From Octopus sinensis (Eukaryota), in assembly GCF_006345805.1 (NCBI RefSeq), contig NC_043003.1, positions 65,968,001 to 66,032,000 of the forward strand: a stretch of 64,000 nucleotides of DNA, read 5' to 3'. The number at the start of each line of letters is the position of its first letter. The first letter of the stretch is position 1. Shown piece after piece: positions 52,011-64,000 of the stretch. Position numbers and translations under genes: made by a program. The notes under the pieces were generated by a model that searched no databases, was not told the origin of the DNA, and saw nothing but the letters and a program-made list of their open reading frames with translations.

Positions 52011-52200
52011 CGTGTGTATAATTGATAAACAATTTTAATAGAGGTTACACGGAGTACCAGCTTGCTAGAAATAAAAGTTTAAATACTCACAAAGCCACGA
52101 AATCTTGATTTGCCCTATAACGGCATCATTGCTTCATGGCCACTAATACTATTGTTGTTATTAAAAATTTTATATATATATATATATATACATTTACTGC

Positions 52201-52266
<66 letters not shown>

Positions 52267-52300
52267 GTATATGACTATTCATTCGAATATTTACTCATTT

Positions 52301-52350
<50 letters not shown>

Positions 52351-52439
52351 CATACATACACACACACACAACATACACGCACACATACACACGTATATAG
52401 ATATATATACATAGAGACATACATAAATAAGAATGCATA

Positions 52440-52483
<44 letters not shown>

Positions 52484-53536
52484 AGTAGTTGAGGTTATAC
52501 TTTATTAAACATGATGGACAAGATGTCTACTATATTTGAGCGGTGACTGTAAACAACAGAAAGCAATCAAACAGATTTCTCACGTTTCCACATATAACAT
52601 ATATACGAAAACCATCAACAACACCACCGGCCTCTCTATTCCCCACCGCGACAACCAACCCAAATAAAACCACCACCGACATTCATATTGTTCTATTGAA
52701 ACGCATCTATCCAGCAAAGAGAAAAAAACAAGAAGAAAATACAGAAATATATATATATATGTCGTAGACTTTTAAAATCGAAATATGTTGATGTAAACAA
52801 CAGCTCCATTTCAATCAGTAACAACACCAACATCTTCACCAATACAAGAAGCGATGGCAATATCAAAACCAACAGCTACATCTCTAATATAACATCGAAA
52901 TGGAGAATCCTAAATTTATCTTATTCCATCTCCAAATTGATTTTATTTGTTTATTATTTTGTGCTACTATAGCAAATTATGAAGAATTTGACAGAAATAT
53001 CTGTTTGCCGAAATATCTCTCTTTAATTACTCGTAGATTCTAAAATAAATCTCGTGTTTATATTCTCCGCACGTTCATCTTTTGAATAGCAAGATTTCCT
53101 CTAGCATCGTAAACCGCTGATATGACAGATTTTTTCTTCTTTCTTTCTCTTTTTGAATTTGTGTTTATTTGCTTTGAAAAAGGTAACAATTTTTTTTTTT
53201 TATTTAGTAGTTACTATGATATAAAAAAGAAAAGATAAAATTGTTACGCGATTATTTCCTCAGTATATACATAAACGCAAATAAATAAATGTAAACACAC
53301 ATACAGATATTTATATATATTTGTGTGCGCGTGCACAAAAACACACACACACACACATTCACACAAAACCATACAAACACACGCACATACGTCTATATAT
53401 GAATGTGTGTCTTTTCTGTATGCATTCACATATTAAGTTCTATATATATATATATATATATATTAATTAGTGCATACATATATACTTGTGAGTGTGTGTG
53501 TGACTATGTTTGTGTATGTATATATATCTATCTAAA

Positions 53537-53576
<40 letters not shown>

Positions 53577-53695
53577 TATATATATAAATATATATATATA
53601 TACAATAATATGTTACATTACTCGATAGTCAAGATATATGTGCGTGTGTGTATGCATATATATACATACATGTATATATATATGCATATAAATAT

Positions 53696-53727
<32 letters not shown>

Positions 53728-53731
53728 ATCT

Positions 53732-53765
<34 letters not shown>

Positions 53766-53901
53766 ATTGTATACATGAGACCCATTAACATAGATAGACG
53801 GACAGACAGGTGGTTACATACATAAATTCATTTAGGCACCCAATTATGCACGATGGCAGATATATTTGTATGAATTACATATACAAATACATACATACAT
53901 G

Positions 53902-53951
<50 letters not shown>

Positions 53952-54272
53952 TATATATGTATTTATATATATATAAATATATATATATATATACATACAT
54001 ATATGCATATATATATATACATATAAGCATATATATATATATATGGGGGGCGTCTATATTATAACCTATATTATTACAAATTATATATATCAATATATTC
54101 TTTTATATACGGAACATATTCGTAAATGACATATTTTGATGATCTCCCTAATTGCATGTAGGACAATATATATAAAGGTATTGAGAGAGAGAGAGAGAGA
54201 CAGACAGGCAGACAGACAGACAGACAGAGCGAGACATATAGATAGATGGATTGATAGTTAAACACTTAGATA

Positions 54273-54312
<40 letters not shown>

Positions 54313-54554
54313 TAGATACATATGTATGCATATATGTATGTGTGAACATGTGTATGTGTATATTATAAACATACACACAAACATATACTAATATATGCAC
54401 ATGTATATACATATATGTGTGTGTGTGTGCGTGTGTGTGTGTGTGTGTGTGTACACGTTTGTGTTTCCTTCCTTGAACGTCTGCTAATACTTTGCATGTA
54501 CCACGTCCTCGCGTTGTTTCTTTTCTTGTGTTTGTTCTCCGTTTTTTAAAGATT

Positions 54555-54587
<33 letters not shown>

Positions 54588-54989
54588 ACATACACACGCA
54601 CACACTGGAACACACACACGCACTCATACACACATACACACTCACACATACACACACACATGCATACATCGTCATATAGAATAGAAATTTACGGAACCAG
54701 CTTGTTATGAATTACTGTTTACATTCATATCTCCATAGTTTGGCTTCTCTATTGGCTATCATTAGAAGCGAAATTGCTTATGCAAAGTTGGTGATTCTTT
54801 TCTATAAACAACATTGCACCGGCTGCAAGGATATTCAAATCTCAGTTATTTTCCACATACTTCTTTCATAAATAGTTGATAATCGTGACCAAGCCACGAA
54901 GTGAATTTTTGTTTTTTCTCATTGTTGAGCAGATCTGAAACTATGAGATGAGAGTTTTGTGTGCCAGGTATCTGAAGTAATCATCATTA

Positions 54990-55330
54990 TCATCGTGATC
55001 CATTAACTGTTGGAGCCAGTCAATGGTTTCATAGGTAGCCGTCGCCACTAGTTTTTGTTGTCTGTTATGCGTAGTATGTTCTCGGTGTTGTGGCCTGTCC
55101 AGTCCTTTCTTTCGCCCTCTTTCAAATGTGCTCAGGAGAACGGTTCAGGGAGGTGTGACGGTGTACACGACTGAACAAAGCAAGCTTCTGTCTTTTCACC
55201 AGTCCAAGGAGTGGCTACTGTCTGCCAGCGTATGTAGTGATTTGCTGCCTGACAGAGCTGTTCATATTGTGCCTTGTGTACTAGATGTGTAACGGCCTAC
55301 AGAAGCATTTGCTCTCAAACGCTTGGTGTC
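54990..55330 (-). mobile_element. RTE-clade LINE 3' remnant
   Basis: ERRHQAFESKCF..LHI*Y...VRQQI...PLLGLVKRQKLALFSRVHRH, matching the RTE IQAFENKC...VKRRKLAWFGHV pattern. Confidence 0.75.
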
Positions 55331-55759
55331 TTCGCTCCATGAATTAATACAAACCAACTATTTTCTACCAGGTCTCACTCTACTGAATCCCATTGATATG
55401 TGGTACGATGTAAATAAACCAAGCGATAAGCTGAATGTAATGTTTATCGGAGGATATAACAATATCCTTGTTCTGTATCTTTAAAATAAATAATGTTTAT
55501 CGCTAAAGTTAAAATAGAGGTGCTACATACTTACTTTGAAAAGTTCCCGTAAAACAACTTCCAAATTTCGTTCTTGCATTTGGTTTGCAAGATTGATGAT
55601 GAGAACTCTTGTTTTGAAACGTTTTGTTGCATCTCGGGAGGTGCATGATGAACACATGTGCTGTTACTTTTCACTTCTTTATTGATTATTTGTTAATAGT
55701 TTAACTATTTAAACATGTAAGTAATCGATAGTTTCACCAAAGTTTTAATCAATCAGTCA

Positions 55760-55763
55760 GTCA

Positions 55764-55814
<51 letters not shown>

Positions 55815-55950
55815 GCTGCTGCTACTAGTACTACTGCTACTACTACAGCTACTGGTACTACTGCGACTGGTGCTGCTTCTGCTGCTGCTGCTGATACTAT
55901 TACTACTATTAATACTAGTGCTACTGCTGCTTCCACTGTTGCTGCTGCTG

Positions 55951-55997
<47 letters not shown>

Positions 55998-56055
55998 ACT
56001 ACTACTACTACTACTACTACTGCTGCTGTTGCTACTACCACTACTACTACTATTA
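55760..56055. repeat. (CTA)n/(CTG)n array
   Basis: Read directly. Confidence 0.95.
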
Positions 56056-56119
56056 ATGTTGTTGTAATTGTTGTTAGGGTTACAATAATTACAACCCTAA
56101 CAGCAATTTACTTTTTGCT

Positions 56120-57200
56120 ATATTGTTTTTGGCGATGCTTCAAGAAGCTTTTAAAGATTACCATGAAGATGTAAAGTTTCAGCTTCGCACAGACTGAGAT
56201 TTACGAAACCTAAATTGGAAAAAACATCAGCCCAAAGACACAGATCCGGAAGAGATGCTACGCGATTTTCTCCCAAATTTGGAGTAATTCAGGAAATAGC
56301 TAAATGGTTTGTTGCAGGAGCTTGTACATTTGGGCTGACTATCTGCATTGAGAAGACTGAAGCTTTATTCCAGCCAAAGCCTGCGACAGGATATATTAAA
56401 TGTGAGGATTCATAATAAACCGCTCAAATTGGCCAGGTCTTTTAAATATATTGGAACTACAGTAAATTTTACTAGCACACTTGATGACGAAGTCAATGAT
56501 AGAATATCTCTCTTCGTTTGTGGGATAAACGTGAAATTCCAACCCCGTTTCGTGGTTTGCTACCTCAACATCTCCTTTATAGGATCCAGTGGCTACATAC
56601 ATCATCAGGAGGAACCACGTCCAGTTTTGGCCCCAACTCCTCTAGCGTTTTCGAAGTTGTCTGGGTTCCCCCTTTCGGTGGTGTCTTCAGCTCTGGTGTT
56701 CAATGCATTTCTTCTTTCTCCTTCTTTCTTCTGTTCCCGGCCTCTTCGATGCAGCGTCACCGAGTGTCGGCGGGCGACTGATCACCCTGCCAAAGTTTTT
56801 TTTTAAATACTCGCTGGTAGGCTCCAGCAACCAGCATCAGCTAGTTGTCACATGACACTGTCTAAGCTTCAACCGACCAATGGAGGGGAAGGGCGCGTAA
56901 TCTTAGCCCACGCCCTCTCTAATCTAAACCTGATTTCCAACAGTGTCGTGTTAGTTTCAGTTCCAGCAGCCAGGGCCGACCAATTGTTTGGTGGTAGAAA
57001 CCTTCGAACCAGGAGGAGGGGGCGCCATGAACAAACCAAAAATAATTGCATATAAATCTTGTATTTCAATCACACTTTTTTTACAAGGTAGAAGCATTTG
57101 ACTCCCTACTATAGACATAAACATATAAAGAAACTTGAAACTTTTCACATATGCTACCTGCGCAATATCTGCAAAAAGAGAAATGGCAAGATATGATATC
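56120..57200 (+). mobile_element. RTE-clade remnant split by an insertion at 56519-57050
   Basis: Left: FGLTICIEKTEALFQP, FKYIGTTV..TLDDEVNDRIS. Right: YKSCISITLFY, KHIKKLETFHICYLRNIC. Confidence 0.75.
56519..57050. mobile_element. Putative solo LTR or unclassified insert
   Basis: GC-richer 532-bp block with TG...CA ends interrupting the RTE; no TSD seen. Confidence 0.35.
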
Positions 57201-57441
57201 AAATGTCAAGATTTTTAAATGTGATATCTCTAGTATCGAAATCATGCAGTTGAGAATTCAAGTTAGTTGAGCAGGGCATATTATTACGATGCATGATGAT
57301 CGCATTCTGAAAACTCTTGTGTGTGACCAACAGTAGAAGTGTTCTGTGGCAAAGGATGACCCATCTTTAGGTATAAGAATAAACTAGAACGAAAGCTAAA
57401 AACAATACGGCATAATTTAACATCTTGAGAGTTATTTTCAA

Positions 57442-57822
57442 CTAGCAGTATCGCCCGGCGTTGCTCAGGTTTGTAAGGGAAATAACTATAAAGCATTTGT
57501 AGAGAGTTATAGCCAAAAAATAGCAAAAAAATGGAAAAAAATGATGGTAAATTTTTTTGAGAGTTAAAAAAGGTGGAGTTGCGTCCCGTAGACAGTTTGT
57601 GGTTTGTGTTTCTGATTCTCGACCCCATGTCGAATTTAGCGATATTTTTCAGAACTGGGTGAACTTTTCAAAATTTTCGCTGCGTTAGTTTTGAATTATG
57701 ACATTGGGCTGTGTGTGTCAAGTTTCATCAGAATCGGTTGAAAGCCGTGGTCAGGGTGAGGGTACAAGCAAACAGACACACAGAAACACGCACAGACAAA
57801 CTGCCGTTTATATAGAGAGAGA
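57442..57822 (-). mobile_element. Non-autonomous Helitron
   Basis: Minus strand: A|TCtctctctatataaac ... cttacaaacctgagcaacgccgggcgatactgCTAG|T. Confidence 0.88.
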
Positions 57823-58084
57823 TAAGGATCCGAATGGCATCAGTTGTGTCACGATGCATCTAAACACTTTGAGTTAAAGAAATAATTATATCCTGGAATC
57901 GACAGACATTTTTGTCCAATCTTAAGCAACGTCATCAGTGTCCTCGTTGTGGCTTCATAGCAAAATCCACCCCTTCTTCTTCTTCTTCTTCTTCTTCTTC
58001 TTCTTCTTCTTCTTCTTCTTCTTCTTCGTCTTCTTTTTCTTCTTCTTCCATTCTTCTTCTTCTTCTCCTCCTTCGCCTCCTCCC

Positions 58085-58134
<50 letters not shown>

Positions 58135-58189
58135 CAAGACGACAAGCTGACATAATTGTTAGCACTACAGATCAAAATGCTTAGCGGCA

Positions 58190-58225
<36 letters not shown>

Positions 58226-58779
58226 GAGTGAGCGAGCAGAGCATGCCATCAAGGTGACACTGGGGTAAAATATACGAAGCCCAGTATACCCATCATGACT
58301 ACCCGTCTGATAAAGGTACACCAGGCACATGCATCACAACCATATGTGCGCGACATGGTGATCTCATATCAAGATAAACAGCACATGACCTTGCAGGTGG
58401 AGCCCAGTTAGAATTTTCTTCAGATCAAGTAACCCATCCCGCTCAAAAGGTCCCTGAATAAGGGTTGTTTAAGGACATTGAACGAACCACCCATGTTTCC
58501 AGAGGTGAATTATTCAAACCCCAAAGAATCCTTCTCAACACATGGCTATGATGCTCCCCCACTACTTCTGCTCGTGATCAGAGATGCACATATCGTCAGC
58601 CACTAAGGGACATGCTCAACTGGTTAAGGTCAAACAACTGACAAGCAAATCTGTGGTATTGAGCAGAATATTTGCTGTAGCCCATCTTTTATACCAAGAC
58701 AAAACAATGTACATGATAACACTTCCAATCAGTTAAGATCAGAAGCCATGAGAGTCACTGTCTGGTACTGCATCAGGGC

Positions 58780-58782
<3 letters not shown>
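58226..58782. mobile_element. Unclassified non-coding element of about 555 bp embedded in (ATT)n
   Basis: Complex sequence with sharp borders against (ATT)n on both sides; no ORF in the track and no obvious tRNA head or TIR. Confidence 0.6.
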
Positions 58783-58828
<46 letters not shown>

Positions 58829-58830
<2 letters not shown>

Positions 58831-59200
58831 GGCGGCAAGCTCGCAGAAATACTTTCGCAACGTTCTAAGTTCAAATTCTGCCGAAATTGACTTTGCTTTT
58901 ATCCTTTCTGCGTCGATAAATTAAGAACCAGTAAAACACTGTGGTCGATGTAATCGATTATCTCTCTCCCCCAAATATTAGACCTTGTGCCTATAGTAGA
59001 AAGGATTATTATTATTATTATTATTATTATCAAGACGACAAGCTGACAGAATTGTTAGCACTACAGGTCAAAATGCTTAGCGGCATTTCGCCCGATTTTA
59101 CGATTTCAATTCGAATTCCACCAATTCATGCTATCAGTATCGAAAATATAAGTACCAGTGGAGTACGGGGGAGGGGGCATTGTAATCAAGTTACCCCTTC
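58829..59200 (+). mobile_element. Two SINE-B copies (58829-59005 with the alternative tail; 59031-59200) separated by (ATT)n
   Basis: aaggcggcaagctcgcagaa...gtcgatgtaatcga...gaccttgtgcctatagtagaaa; aagacgacaagctgacagaattgttagc. Confidence 0.85.
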
Positions 59201-59729
59201 CTCTTCTGCCAAATTTTGAAAACAATATCTACAAACTTGAAGCAATTATTGCAGGCTGTAGAATTAATGAAAATAATTTGAACTATGCTCTGACAGTTCA
59301 TTAAGCAAACAAAATCTTTTGACTTAACGTCCAGTTCTTGAATATTTATTTCTACGATTCTAATAACAGGTTTTAATATTGGAAAGCATGAGGTTATTTT
59401 CCAGGAAATTTTCATCTGAAATGACTTCATTAGCAAAAATTAGGTTTGTTTTAAAATTGATTTTCTGGCTTTAGGATTAATAATAGAGATTATCATTTAG
59501 CTGTCAATTTTTTTGGTTTTTCTTGAATTCGTTGCATATTTGCATGTCTACTGCTATGCGAATCGCATATATTTTGCTATACCAGCTCACTAAGAAATAT
59601 GTACTGCTTCATTAAAATGTTTTTCATGTATAGTAGATATATGTGTGTGCGTGTGTGTGTTTTGTGTGAGATTGTGTGCTTGTGTGTATGTATATGTATA
59701 TCTATGTATACATATATATATATAAAATT

Positions 59730-59760
<31 letters not shown>

Positions 59761-59767
<7 letters not shown>

Positions 59768-60190
59768 AATTTTTTGCGTAATAAGATAAAAGACCAAGGC
59801 TGTGTAGATATTAGAGCATTTATTGATAGAAGGTCTTACCACTGTTTCTAGAATATTTATTAATAATATCCCTTCATCGGAGACGGTGTGAGAGGATAGT
59901 TAAGTCATAGTTTATTTAGAAGTAATACAAAATAGAGAGTGAGGTGGAACAAAGAAAATAGATGCAAGATATGTATGGGTATTGAAGTTGTAAATCCATT
60001 TTTTACACATAATGGTATATATGCAATATTCCAATATCCTATGAGTAAAGTCCAAAAGTCCAACAGAATTTAAAATGAGTTCTTCCAAATATAGAGTTTA
60101 TAAGCAATGTAAGATTCCCTTATGAGTGAGATCCAGCAGATTTTTAAACTTGGTCATTCCCAGTAGAGAATTTATATACAGTGTTGCAGA
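59761..60190 (-). mobile_element. Second copy of the 7845-8260 repeat
   Basis: Colinear similarity including atcccttcatcggagac. Confidence 0.7.
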
Positions 60191-60639
60191 GTCAAAGTTT
60201 TTTTTTTATATTTAAAATGACCTAAAAATAGGGAGTGTCTTAGTAAGGTCAAATAGAAAACAGGAAAAGAGGAATGAAGAAAGAGAAAAAAGAGAAAAGA
60301 AATAAAAAATGAAAGAGAAAGGAGAAGAGAAGGAGAAGAACGAAAGAAGAATATTAGTAAAATAATAACAAAATAATAAAGAATAAAAACCCTGAAGAGA
60401 GGGATAAAAGGAATAAAGAAAAAAGAAAAATGAAGATATAGATCATTCAGTGGTCAGTGGAGAAAATGTGAAAGTAGGAGTGGGGATATGAAGGGTGAAA
60501 GAGAGAGAAAGGTGTTATAGTGTAAAAGATGGAGGAATGTGGTGAGGTTAAGAGGTAAAGGAATGACAAATGTGTAGTAGTAGAGTCTAAGTGTAGGGGC
60601 AGAGATTTGAACAATTAAGGAATTTATATGTTTAGCAGT

Positions 60640-60912
60640 TCTATCCCGGACCGGGCTGCGTGTTGTGTTCTCGAGCAAGGCACTTTATTTCACGTTGCTC
60701 CAGTTCACTCAGCTGTAGAAATGAGTTGCGACGTCACTGGTGCCAAGCTGTATCGACTTTTGTCTTTCCCTTGGATAACACTGGTGGCGTGGAGAGGGGA
60801 GGCTGGTATGCATGGGCGACTGCTGGCCTTCCATAAACAACCTTGCCCGGACTTGTGTCTTGGAGGGTAGCAATCCCATGGTCATTCATGACCGAAGGGG
60901 GTCTTTACCCTT
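60640..60912 (+). mobile_element. SINE with CORE-like body
   Basis: gttgtgttctcgagcaaggcactttatttcacgttgctccagttcactcagctgtagaaatgag; distinct tail catgaccgaagggggtcttta. Confidence 0.6.
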
Positions 60913-60984
60913 TAATTAGTAATATGAGAAAATATATATACATATATATCAACAAAAGGTTGATGGGGGAATAATTAGGCGTTT

Positions 60985-61130
60985 CTACTATATGCACAAG
61001 GCCTGAAATTTTGGGGGAGGGCGCCATTCGATTAGATAGGATGAATGGAAAAGACGACCGCGGCAAAATTTGAACTCAGATCGTAAAGAGAGACGAAATG
61101 CACCAAGTATTTCGCCCGGCGTGCCGCCAT
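60985..61130 (-). mobile_element. SINE-B with alternative tail
   Basis: tttctactatatgcacaaggcctgaaattttggggg...tttgaactcaga...atttcgcccggcgtg. Confidence 0.75.
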
Positions 61131-61333
61131 AGTGAGAATACATAATAACATTTAAAAGTAATCACAAACATTTTAGAAAAATTAAAGCATTAACAGGTAT
61201 AGTCTTTCATTTAGATACTTTGCCCACCCGCCAATTTTTATTTCTCTCGCTTTTCTATTTTTTCATACATATATACACAGTCACAAGCAGAACGATACAA
61301 CACACGCACATACTCATATGTATATAGTATATT

Positions 61334-61420
<87 letters not shown>

Positions 61421-61430
61421 TAATATATAT

Positions 61431-61480
<50 letters not shown>

Positions 61481-61487
61481 GTATATA

Positions 61488-61521
<34 letters not shown>

Positions 61522-61544
61522 CATACATATATATATATACTCTT

Positions 61545-61930
61545 TACTCTTTTCTCTTTTACTTGTTTCAGTCATTTGACTACGGCCATGCTGGAGCACC
61601 GCCTTTAGTCGAGCAAATCGACCCCGGGACTTATTCTTTGTAAGCCCAGTACTTATTCTATCGGTCTCTTTTGCCGAACCGCTAAGTGACGGGGACGTAA
61701 ACGCACCAGCATCGGTTGTCAAGCAATGCTAGGGGGACAAACACACACACACACACACATACATATACATATATACATATATACGACAGGTTTCTTTCAG
61801 TTTCCGTCTACCAAATCCACTCACAAGGCATTGGTCGCCCGGGGCAATAGCAGGAGACACTTGCCCAAGATGCCACGCAGTGGGACTGAACCCGGAACCA
61901 CGTGGTTGGTTAGCAAGCCACTTACCACAC
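61545..61930 (-). mobile_element. SINE-A, best-preserved full-length copy
   Basis: Head, internal (CA)/(TA) tract, body, and tail ...aaggcggtgctccagcatggccgtagtcaaatgactgaaacaagtaaaagag. May correspond to a described octopus tRNA-SINE family (not verified). Confidence 0.95.
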
Positions 61931-62095
61931 ACATATATATGTACGTACATATACTCACTGAAACACACACACACACATACACACACACACTCACATATAT
62001 CTCATACAGCTGGAATACCTCGCAATTCTAAAATATTAAAATCAAATACTGAAAAATTTCTGATACTATTAAATTATATTTTGCGTCACTCTTTG

Positions 62096-62168
<73 letters not shown>

Positions 62169-62169
<1 letters not shown>

Positions 62170-63272
62170 AAGCATTCTATAGGGGATTAGTGGAGGGGAG
62201 GTACGACGACGAGCTCGGGGCGAACCTGGACGTCGACGAGGAGTACCTGACCCGCCTGTTCAGGACGACTTTCGGGCCAGGGCCCATGGACAACTTCCAG
62301 AGATCCCTGGCCTGGCAGTGCTACCGAGAAGCGCTACCCGTTCGGGATAAGCTCTACAGACACGGCTCGAGAAACACGGGGCCGACCTGCCCGAGATGCG
62401 GTCAGAGCGACGAAACCGTTCTGCACGCACTCGTGCAATGTCCAACAATTTCCGACCTGTGGGCTTATGTCGAACAACTGCTGTCACGTGTGGGACGAGT
62501 CGGTTTATCAGCTGAGTCTATCGTCAATATTGTCACGCCTCCTTCCTTCAAACGGGAAGGAAGAGCTATTTTCATCATCCTTGTGGCTATGGCGAAAGAA
62601 TGTATCTGGTGGACGCGTCTGAAAGGATTGGAAACAAACACTTTCCTCTCTGGTCAATCTCTCATCAACTTCTTCAAGTACCACTTGAAAAGGAAAGTGA
62701 GAGTAGAGAGGCAAGTTTTGTCTAGCGAATGTTTTAAAAAAAGATGGGTGAACGTAGCAAGGATGGCACGTATGAATGACGAAGCCACCTTGAGCATAAT
62801 CCTATGAACCCAGAAATTGAAAACAGAGGGTTACCCACTTGCAAACAAATGTGGTAACATATAACAATATTGACCAAGGTTACCGTGGTCTTTTTCGTAG
62901 GCTTTTCTTCCCACGGATAAACCTTACTTGCTTTCCCCTTTACACCATATATCATAACACTGTGATACACGATCCCTATTGATCGTTCTTTTTTTTTTCC
63001 TCTTCCCCTTTTTTTCCCCTTTATTCTTCTTTTTCATTTCTCTTTCCTTTTGTTCCTTTTCCTTTTCTTTTTTTTTCTTTTTATTCTTTTTATTTTATTC
63101 AATTTTTTTTTGTTTTTGTTCTTTTCTTCCCTTTTACGATCCCTCTCGATCGAAAACCTACGCCACCCCCTTTTTTTTCTTTTGTTTTTTGTTCTCTTCA
63201 TCACCCAAAAGAAAAGCTCTACCTTGTAACTTGTCCCATCTGTGTGCAGCCCCGTGTGGCCAATAAAGAAAC

Positions 63273-63273
<1 letters not shown>
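62169..63273 (+). mobile_element. Tx1-clade (L1 superfamily) LINE, 5'-truncated, inserted in (TATC)n
   Basis: Open 205-aa ORF with zf-RVT-type W..YREALPVRDKL....CPRCGQSDETVLHALVQCP; 3' UTR with T-rich tract ending caataaagaaact; (TATC)n at 62096-62168 and 63274-63448. Confidence 0.9.
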
Positions 63274-63338
<65 letters not shown>

Positions 63339-63339
63339 G

Positions 63340-63448
<109 letters not shown>

Positions 63449-63454
63449 TAATTT

Positions 63455-63846
63455 GCAAGCCTAGTACTTATTCTATTGGTCTCTTTCGCTGAACCTTTAA
63501 TCGAGCAACTCGACCCCGGGACTTATTCTTTTGTAAGCCCAGTACTTATTCTATCGGTTATTTTTTGCCGAACCGCTAGGTTACGGGGACATAAACACAC
63601 CAGCATCGGTTGTCAAGCAATACTAGGGGGACAAATACAGACACACAAACACACACGCACATATATATATATATACATATATACGACGGGCTTCTTTCAG
63701 TTTCCGTCTACCAAATTCACTCACAATGCTTTGGTCGGCCCGATGCTATAGTAGAAGACACTTGCCCAAGGTGCCACGCAGTAGGACTGAACCCGGAACC
63801 ACGTGGTTGATAAGCAACTACTTACCACACAACCACTCCTGCGCCT
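63455..63846 (-). mobile_element. SINE-A with rearranged or truncated tail
   Basis: gccgaaccgctaggttacggggac...cttaccacacaaccactcctgcgcc; the aagcctagtacttattctat motif occurs twice (about 63457 and 63535). Confidence 0.9.
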
Positions 63847-63917
63847 CTCCTCCTATATATATATATAATATATATATATATTATATATATATATATATAA
63901 TATATATATATATATAT

Positions 63918-63954
<37 letters not shown>

Positions 63955-64000
63955 CGTAGATTGAGAGAGATGATGACACACACACATTCACCCAAAATGT

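Noticed and set aside
61545-61930. tRNA gene
   Set aside because: Only the A/B-box-like head is tRNA-related; it continues into a SINE body repeated many times in the window.

Overview
AT-rich eukaryotic window dense in microsatellites and transposons. The SINE families look like those of Octopus (inference from memory of the repeat families; not searched). I recognise no intact host gene, RNA gene or CRISPR array. Nearly all ORFs in the supplied track are translations of simple repeats or transposon remnants. Supported content: a 5'-truncated CR1 LINE with a 555-aa endonuclease/RT ORF, plus an older CR1; two Tx1-clade 3' fragments; four R4/Dong-type RLE fragments beside AAT-rich arrays; three RTE remnants; two Penelope-like (PLE) remnants; mariner, Tc1 and DD37D transposase remnants; hAT and Tigger-like MITEs; two non-autonomous Helitrons; about 30 copies or fragments of tRNA-derived SINEs (called SINE-A, SINE-B and others here). 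The best leads are relationships among these elements. SINE-B shares its 3' tail with the Tx1 LINE, which itself sits inside (TATC)n. SINE-B multimers are bounded by single target-site duplications (TSDs). SINE-A shares a tail and a covarying stem-loop with CR1. Four repeat families carry minimal hammerhead-ribozyme-like motifs. There is also a head-to-head mariner and an RTE with twin-priming geometry. Boundaries are approximate (about 10-30 bp) unless fixed by a TSD or terminus.
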